DNA from: a virus | Length of the DNA: 64,000 bases | IMG/VR virus record: IMGVR_UViG_3300033153_013649 | Location: 1 to 64,000 of that record | Strand: one strand, 5' to 3' | Part shown: piece by piece, positions 58,000-64,000 of the stretch | Layout of the letters: each line of letters begins with the position of its first letter | How positions within the stretch are numbered: position 1 is the stretch's first letter | Made by a program: the position numbers and the translations under genes | Notes under the pieces: model-generated | The model's database searches: none | Told to the model about the DNA's origin: nothing | The model's input: only the letters and a program-made list of their open reading frames with translations

Positions 58000-58220
58000 T
58001 AAGTTATAATTTATTAATGGAGTATTATATAGCTTCAGATTCTGAATCTTATATAGGGGCCACTCTTCAATATATTGATAAATGTTTAGATATTGATATA
58101 AGTGAATTCAAAAAATCTGATCTTCCTCCGGAATGGCTTCAGTTAATTGAAAAAGAAGCTCGAGAAATGAATCTTATTAAAGACAACGATAATAAGCATA
58201 ATTTTTTGGAATTGAGTTAA
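57996..58220 (+). CDS. gp33: late-promoter co-activator, gp33-like
   Basis: SYI.A.....D.DI...IEKEAREMNLIK pattern; synteny 33-59-32. Confidence 0.65.
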   Translation: MISYNLLMEYYIASDSESYIGATLQYIDKCLDIDISEFKKSDLPPEWLQLIEKEAREMNLIKDNDNKHNFLELS

Positions 58221-58233
58221 TTAATGAGAAAAT

Positions 58234-58869
58234 ATGCCAGAATATCATAATTATACAGCTGAAGAGATTCATTCAAAGATCTTTTATACATCAAAATATT
58301 TTAAGCCCTTTAATTGGGATTCTAGATCTCCAATTGATTATAAAAGGTATATTTTAAGAAATATTACAAATAATAAAGTATTTAAGAGAAACAAAAACTT
58401 TTATAAATTACTTGGAGAAAAATATCCTCTTAAAGAAAATCTAGATTCGATAATTTATGGAATATTTTTGAGTAGTAGTACTCCAGATATATATAGTTTT
58501 GATATTAAGGAATTTCCGAAATTTCATCGCAGATGGGTATCGTTCAAGACTCAATTAAAATCAAAAACTAGAGAAGATTTAAGAGTAATTAAAGAATATA
58601 TGAGGATCTACCAACTTTCTTTTTGGGGATTAATAAAATATATCCCGAATATAAGTGATCATGTTTCTCATATTTTTTATTTATATAAAGACTCTAGAAT
58701 AACTGCGTCTACCTTTGGAGTTGTTTATTTAAAGGCTTTTGAAAATCCAAAGGCTCTAGAAAGATTTAAAGAATGGCAAAAAAAATATGAGCGTAGCTTA
58801 AATTCTCAAGAATTTTTTAGAGAAGTATTTCGTTGGTATCGATTAGTAAAATTAGCAAAAAGTTGTTGA
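58234..58869 (+). CDS. helicase loader, gp59-like
   Basis: Size (211 aa), basic/aromatic composition with F.KRN..FY.L..KY, position between gp33 and gp32. Confidence 0.5.
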   Translation: MPEYHNYTAEEIHSKIFYTSKYFKPFNWDSRSPIDYKRYILRNITNNKVFKRNKNFYKLLGEKYPLKENLDSIIYGIFLSSSTPDIYSFDIKEFPKFHRRWVSFKTQLKSKTREDLRVIKEYMRIYQLSFWGLIKYIPNISDHVSHIFYLYKDSRITASTFGVVYLKAFENPKALERFKEWQKKYERSLNSQEFFREVFRWYRLVKLAKSC

Positions 58870-58895
58870 CAAACTATCTTTGATTTTTGTAAATT
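58866..58895 (+). promoter_or_regulatory. sigma70-like promoter of gp32
   Basis: TTGACA-18-TAAATT. Confidence 0.65.
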
Positions 58896-58961
58896 AAGTA
58901 TAAAGAAATAAGAATAATAGAATAAAAAGAAAAAAAAGACAAAAGACAAGGAGAAAATAGA

Positions 58962-59957
58962 ATGAATAGAACAGATATTTTAAAACAAATAGCAGAAAAT
59001 AAGAAAAAAATTAAGGACAGTGTAAAAAAAGGATTCGAAGATAATAGAGATAAAACTTTTTGGCTTCCCCCCTGGGATCAAAATACCCAAACTGGATCTG
59101 CAGTAATTGCTTTCCTTCCTTTTTCTAATATGTTTCTCGATGAAGCAGATAAAAATTTCGAAATAGCTCCATACGTGTTTGTTCCGGAACATTCAAATAT
59201 GACTGGAACTCGAGGAAAAAAATATTGGGGGATTTTATGCAGAAGTATTTTCGGTCGGGGAGAATGTCCTATATGTAATAAATTTTGGGAATATTGGAAT
59301 TCTAGTGAAGAAGATAAAAATTTTGCAAAGGGGATGGGAATATCTCGAAAAAGATCTTTTGTTGGTAATATTATTGTAATTGATAATAAAAATAATCCTA
59401 GTGAAAACGGAACAGTTTTTAAATGGAAGTTTGGTATAAGAATTAAAGAAAGAATTGATGCAAAGATTAGTCCTAGAGATCCGAATGAACCTTCTCAATT
59501 TGTTTATAATCCTTCAAGAATTGTTCCCTTTAAAGTAAATATTATTGAATCTGGAGGATTTCGTGATTATGGTCAATCTGAATGGCTTACTGATGGTAAA
59601 TCTATAGCCGACTGGATAATGCCAGAAGCAACAAAAGCAGAAAAAACAGATTTCATTGATAATCTTCCCCTTTATTCTGTTCAAGATATTATTAAAAAGG
59701 AATATTATAAATCGTATGAAGAAGTAGAGATTATCCTTAATGATGTTTTAAGAGCTAATGGAGTTAAAGTAAGTGAAACAGTAAAAAAACCAAAAGAACT
59801 AAAAACTGTTTCTGATGAAGCTCCAGAGGATGAACTTTTTGGGGGAGAAATTGAAGTAGAAGAAGATAAGATTCAAGATGAAGATCTTTTAGAAACAGAA
59901 GAAGAAGATAGTTTTGTAGATGGATTATTTGATGATGAAAGAACCGAAGGAGAATAA
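58962..59957 (+). CDS. gp32: single-stranded DNA-binding protein
   Basis: D..FW, G.AVI.FLP, H...C.....CPIC Zn site, P.ENG.VF...FG, acidic tail. Confidence 0.93.
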   Translation: MNRTDILKQIAENKKKIKDSVKKGFEDNRDKTFWLPPWDQNTQTGSAVIAFLPFSNMFLDEADKNFEIAPYVFVPEHSNMTGTRGKKYWGILCRSIFGRGECPICNKFWEYWNSSEEDKNFAKGMGISRKRSFVGNIIVIDNKNNPSENGTVFKWKFGIRIKERIDAKISPRDPNEPSQFVYNPSRIVPFKVNIIESGGFRDYGQSEWLTDGKSIADWIMPEATKAEKTDFIDNLPLYSVQDIIKKEYYKSYEEVEIILNDVLRANGVKVSETVKKPKELKTVSDEAPEDELFGGEIEVEEDKIQDEDLLETEEEDSFVDGLFDDERTEGE

Positions 59958-59961
59958 TTAA

Positions 59962-60675
59962 ATGGAGAAATGGAAAATTACAGAAGAGCAAATTGTTACT
60001 TTACAAGATGCATGTAAGATTAATGAACTTCTTCTTATAAAGCCTGAATCTAAAGAACTTATTTCCACTGATTCTATAGATGAATCATTTAATGTTTTAT
60101 TTCTTAATACAAGTTTTGGTTATTCATTTGAAAAAGCATTTATTGTTCATAATCTTTCTGAAATTGTTAAAGTAATAAAAAATATCGGATCCGGAGCAGT
60201 GATATTATTAGCAGAGGATAAACTTTCTGTTATGGATCCAAAAGGTGATATTAAATGTAATTATCTTTATGCTTCAGAAGATATAGTTGATAATATTAAC
60301 AAAGTATATGGATTATATCAAGATTATATATCATCGATTAAAAATAATGAACAAACAAAGAGGTTCAAATTTGCTGATATATTTTTTAAAAGAATTAAGA
60401 CCTTTAGTTCTTTTAATTTTAATACTCTTTCCTTTCAAAAGGATCAAATTATAATTTATGATAATACTGGTTCAACTGAAATTAATCAGAAAGATAATGT
60501 AATTCTTAAAACTGAATCTGAATTTGATAAAAATTTCCGACTTGATTTGGACCTTCAGGACTTTCGTAAATTAAAGGAAGGAAATTATATATGTTATGGT
60601 TCTCCTCAAGGCTTTATTCTTTTTGAAGATGAAGAAAATAAAAATGTTTATCTTCTTGCTTGTAATAATCTATAA
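59962..60675 (+). CDS. gp45: sliding clamp
   Basis: Size, KIN..L N-terminus, KL..GNY C-terminal motif; precedes gp44. Confidence 0.7.
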   Translation: MEKWKITEEQIVTLQDACKINELLLIKPESKELISTDSIDESFNVLFLNTSFGYSFEKAFIVHNLSEIVKVIKNIGSGAVILLAEDKLSVMDPKGDIKCNYLYASEDIVDNINKVYGLYQDYISSIKNNEQTKRFKFADIFFKRIKTFSSFNFNTLSFQKDQIIIYDNTGSTEINQKDNVILKTESEFDKNFRLDLDLQDFRKLKEGNYICYGSPQGFILFEDEENKNVYLLACNNL

Positions 60676-60699
60676 ATCTTTTTAAATTAAAGGCATGAA

Positions 60700-61662
60700 A
60701 TGGATTTATCACAATCTATGTGGGAGTTTAAGTATGCTCCCAGAAGTGTTGATGAATTAATTCTTCCAAATCGTTATATTGATTTGTTTAAAAGATGGAT
60801 ATCAAATCAAATGGTAGACAATTCTCTATTTGTCTCTCACGAACCCGGTTCGGGTAAAACTTCCGTTGCAAAAATCATAATTAATTCTAAAATATTTTCT
60901 ACATTATTTATTAATGCTTCAAGAGAAACATCTATAGATAATGTTAGAAATAATATTAAAAATTTTGTTAAAACTGTATCCATATCAAATAGGAATTCTC
61001 CGAAGGTAGTTATATTGGATGAAGCAGATAGATTATCAGCACAAGCTTTAGATGCACTAAAGGGGGAAATCGAAGCTGCATCTAAAAACGCTAGGTTTAT
61101 TTTTACTGCTAATCGTAAATCTGCTTTTCCAAAACCAATTAAATCAAGATTAAATGAATTTGATTTCGACCAGATGTTTTCTGAAAATAAAAGAGAGATG
61201 TGGACAAAAGGTTACGAAAGGATGAAATTTATTCTTGAATCAGAGGGAATTGAATTTGATTATAAAACTGTTGGAAATATAATAAAGAGATTCGCTCCTG
61301 ATTGGAGAAATATAATACGAATTTTACAATTAATGTCTGCGTTTAATAATGAAATCACGAAGGAAGATTTTTCAAGTTTGGATGTAACTACAAACCTTAC
61401 AGAATTAATTGATCTCTGTAAAGAAAACGAATTTCAGAAAATTCGAGAGTTCTGTGTTAAAAATATCGGAAACGAAATGAATTTAGTTCGAGGATTATTT
61501 ACTCTTACAAAGTCTGTAGAAATGTTTAAATCTCAAGAAGATGCAGCGATGCTTATTATTAATCTTGCTGATTTTGAAGAAAAAATACTTAATGTTCCAG
61601 ATCTAGATATTTACTTTACTGGATTAATTCTTAAAATTTCTAAGGAAGTAAAATTTAGATGA
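60700..61662 (+). CDS. gp44: clamp loader large subunit
   Basis: W..KYAP, PGSGKTS, INAS, ILDEAD, FIFTAN and SR motifs. Confidence 0.95.
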   Translation: MDLSQSMWEFKYAPRSVDELILPNRYIDLFKRWISNQMVDNSLFVSHEPGSGKTSVAKIIINSKIFSTLFINASRETSIDNVRNNIKNFVKTVSISNRNSPKVVILDEADRLSAQALDALKGEIEAASKNARFIFTANRKSAFPKPIKSRLNEFDFDQMFSENKREMWTKGYERMKFILESEGIEFDYKTVGNIIKRFAPDWRNIIRILQLMSAFNNEITKEDFSSLDVTTNLTELIDLCKENEFQKIREFCVKNIGNEMNLVRGLFTLTKSVEMFKSQEDAAMLIINLADFEEKILNVPDLDIYFTGLILKISKEVKFR

Positions 61663-62081
61663 AAAAATTAGAAGAACCTTTATCTTCAAGGATAATTGAT
61701 TTTATTAATATAAATTTGCCTTTTGGAATAAAGATTCGGTGGGGGGTATCTCGTTGGTGTCTTTTGATTGGTAAATTTGCTATTAAATTTCCTATGGTAG
61801 TTCGATTAAAATATTTTTATTATGGTTTATTTGCAAATTTAGTTGAAGGAGAATTTAAAGGCCACGAGGAAAGGTATAAAATACCTAAGATTTATTTCAA
61901 GGGTATTTTAGGATTTGGAATAATATCTGAAAGATGTTCTTTACTAACTGATGATGAATATTATTCGATTGATAAGGAATTTTTCCCTATAAATCGAGAT
62001 TTTCAATATAGAAATATAGGGAAAACAAAAGATGGTAGAATTGTAATGGTAGATTTTGCAGAAGTATATAAAGAGAATTAA
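61659..62081 (+). CDS. minimal protein-kinase-like protein
   Basis: WGVSR loop, AIK, helix E, RDFQYRN and VDFA motifs in 140 aa. Confidence 0.5.
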   Translation: MKKLEEPLSSRIIDFININLPFGIKIRWGVSRWCLLIGKFAIKFPMVVRLKYFYYGLFANLVEGEFKGHEERYKIPKIYFKGILGFGIISERCSLLTDDEYYSIDKEFFPINRDFQYRNIGKTKDGRIVMVDFAEVYKEN

Positions 62082-62085
62082 TTTG

Positions 62086-62115
62086 TTGACAAACTATGAA
62101 GGGATTTAGTATAAT
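62086..62115 (+). promoter_or_regulatory. sigma70-like promoter
   Basis: TTGACA-18-TATAAT; only 2 nt from the gp62 ATG, so its target may lie further downstream. Confidence 0.65.
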
Positions 62116-62117
62116 AA

Positions 62118-62480
62118 ATGATTAATAATTTTTTTGATGTACTTAAAAATATTACTTATTCCAAAAACCCTAATGATCTTGGAACAAGTGAATATAAGCC
62201 TTATATGGTAAATAGATATTTATCTATGCATAAGAATTATTTTTTCTTTGCAGAATTAATGAATAATAATCTCTATCTTCTTTTAAAAGAATATCAAGAA
62301 CTTTTATTGTTTTATATTATTCCGAAAAAATGGGTTTTTTTTAAATATATAAAATCCGATAAAAGAAAAAAAGTTAATGGATTTGAAGAGATTCAAAATA
62401 AATTTAATTTATCTAATCAAAAAACAAACGAAGTTATAGCATTTCTTAATCGTTTAAATAATGCAAGAGATGGATTTTGA
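62118..62480 (+). CDS. gp62: clamp loader small subunit
   Basis: FD.LK.I...K, Y.PYMVNR.LS and A..MN motifs. Confidence 0.85.
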   Translation: MINNFFDVLKNITYSKNPNDLGTSEYKPYMVNRYLSMHKNYFFFAELMNNNLYLLLKEYQELLLFYIIPKKWVFFKYIKSDKRKKVNGFEEIQNKFNLSNQKTNEVIAFLNRLNNARDGF

Positions 62481-63517
62481 TTGAACATTATATTTTGAAT
62501 TCTGGATTAATAGGAGTTACGAAAGTTAGTGAAAATATTTGGAAAGCTCGCTGTCCTGTTTGTGGGGATTCTAAAAAATCATTAACTAAAAAAAGATTTA
62601 TTATAATGTTTAAAGAAAAAAGGGTGTTCTGCCATAACTGTAATTATTCTGCTACATTTGAATGGTTTTTGAAAAAAGAAAAACCCGAAATATATGATTC
62701 GTATATTAAAGATATATTATCGAAGTCTAAAAAGAGGGAAAAAATTGAATTCAAATTAGATAAAGAACTTATTCAAAGAAGAAAAAAATCATTTAATGAA
62801 ATTATAAAGGTTTTTATAAAGCACGGAGGACAGAAAAATATATCTCATATAAAATTTGTATCAGATTATCTGAATTCTAGAGGATTAAACCAATTTAAAC
62901 ATAAGTTTTGGTATATTTCAAATTATACAGCATTTGTAAATGATTTAGAAAAAGCAGATAATAAATGTAATCCAAAATCAGATGAACGTCTTGTTATTCC
63001 TTTCGTTATTAATGAAACAAAAGAAATATATGCTATGCAAGGACGAGCTTTGAGAGGTCAAAATCCTAGGTATCTTACTTCAATTTTTACTGAATCAAAA
63101 GGAAAAATCTATAATTATTATAATTTGGATAAAGAATCCTCAGTTTTTATTACAGAGGGGCCAATTGATTCTTTATTTCTTCCTAATGCGTGTGCTCTCG
63201 CAGGGAGTGCGATAACCCGAGATATTCTCGAAAAGTTTAAAGAATTTCAGAAAGAAGTAATTTTTATATTTGATACTGATTTTGTGTATAACAAATCTAT
63301 TAGGAAATCTGTGAATATAATTTTAGATAATGGATTTAATATATTTTTTCCTCCTAAAAAATGGATGAAATATAAAGATATAAATGATATTGTAATAGGT
63401 GAAAGGATAACTACTAAAGATGATCTTAGAATGATTATTTTAGAAAATTCTCATAAAGGGATATTAGGAAAAACTTTATTATCAAAATATCCAATAAAGA
63501 AGGATATATTAAGATGA
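62477..63517 (+). CDS. gp61: DNA primase
   Basis: RCPVCGDS..CHNC Zn ribbon, RLVIPF, QGRAL, TEGPIDSLF and KDIND motifs. Confidence 0.95.
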   Translation: MIEHYILNSGLIGVTKVSENIWKARCPVCGDSKKSLTKKRFIIMFKEKRVFCHNCNYSATFEWFLKKEKPEIYDSYIKDILSKSKKREKIEFKLDKELIQRRKKSFNEIIKVFIKHGGQKNISHIKFVSDYLNSRGLNQFKHKFWYISNYTAFVNDLEKADNKCNPKSDERLVIPFVINETKEIYAMQGRALRGQNPRYLTSIFTESKGKIYNYYNLDKESSVFITEGPIDSLFLPNACALAGSAITRDILEKFKEFQKEVIFIFDTDFVYNKSIRKSVNIILDNGFNIFFPPKKWMKYKDINDIVIGERITTKDDLRMIILENSHKGILGKTLLSKYPIKKDILR

Positions 63518-64000
63518 AAAAACTCGTGAAACTTTTTTCATATCCTGGTGCAAAATATCATATAGTTCCAATTGTTAATAAATTAATAAGTAGATTGGAT
63601 CTAGATATTTATATAGAACCTTTTTTAGGGAGTGGGGATATTTTCTTGAATCTTAATAAGGATTTTAAATTTTATACGTTGAATGATATTAGTTTTGATT
63701 TGATGAATATATGGAATACTTTTAAAGAGATAGATTACGAATTATATAAAAAAGAAATAATGTTTATAAGAAATAAATTTGGAGATATTGGAAAAGATAA
63801 AGAGGCTTATTATACTTTTAGAGATTTTTTTAATGAAAAATTTTATAAGATTTGTGGTAAAGAATATAATAGAAGAGGAATATATCTTCATATTTTAATT
63901 TCCTCTTGTATTAATCATTTAGTGAGATTTGGACCGAAAGGCTTTTCTCAATCGTATGGCAAGAGATGGAATATTCTTTCTGAATTAGATTTTAAGAATT
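63514..64000 (+). CDS. dam: Dam-like DNA adenine methyltransferase (D12 class), truncated by the window end
   Basis: Hand translation MKKLVKLFSYPGAK...YIEPFLGSG..F...LND; absent from the ORF track because it has no stop in the window. Confidence 0.85.
   Translation, partial: MKKLVKLFSYPGAKYHIVPIVNKLISRLDLDIYIEPFLGSGDIFLNLNKDFKFYTLNDISFDLMNIWNTFKEIDYELYKKEIMFIRNKFGDIGKDKEAYYTFRDFFNEKFYKICGKEYNRRGIYLHILISSCINHLVRFGPKGFSQSYGKRWNILSELDFKN

Noticed and set aside
1-64000. tRNA genes or stop-codon reassignment
   Set aside because: No cloverleaf or T-loop motif was seen in intergenic gaps (by eye only); core genes are full length in the standard code and end in TAA, TAG and TGA

Overview
An AT-rich 64-kb segment of a large, divergent T4-like myovirus, almost all on the + strand. 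Gene order: head module (gp67-like, gp21, gp22, gp23); neck, terminase and tail (gp13-17, two tandem gp18 sheaths, gp19); a greatly enlarged baseplate (1813-aa gp6, 2828-aa FN3-repeat gp7-like protein, gp8, fibre); a candidate lysis region; then replication and transcription genes (uvsW, rnh, uvsY, inverted gp5/gp25 block, gp55, dNMP kinase, topoisomerase II, gp33, gp59, gp32, gp45, gp44, gp62, gp61, partial dam). T4-type late promoters (TATAAATA) and a family of sigma70-like promoters (TTGACA-17/18-TATATT) are visible. Highlights: (1) a fractured topoisomerase II large-subunit gene carrying a naturally split intein at the TOPRIM EG[N]|SA motif, with a Vsr-like endonuclease gene between the halves; (2) an output-less GAF-PAS sensor gene translationally coupled to holin-like and spanin-like genes near an M15 endolysin; (3) seven small unrelated ORFs with T4 internal-protein-like capsid-targeting N-termini, one of them ART-like; (4) a wHTH gene next to an AT-rich region with 3x36-bp repeats (candidate initiator/origin). 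All product calls come from motif recognition and synteny; no database searches were run.
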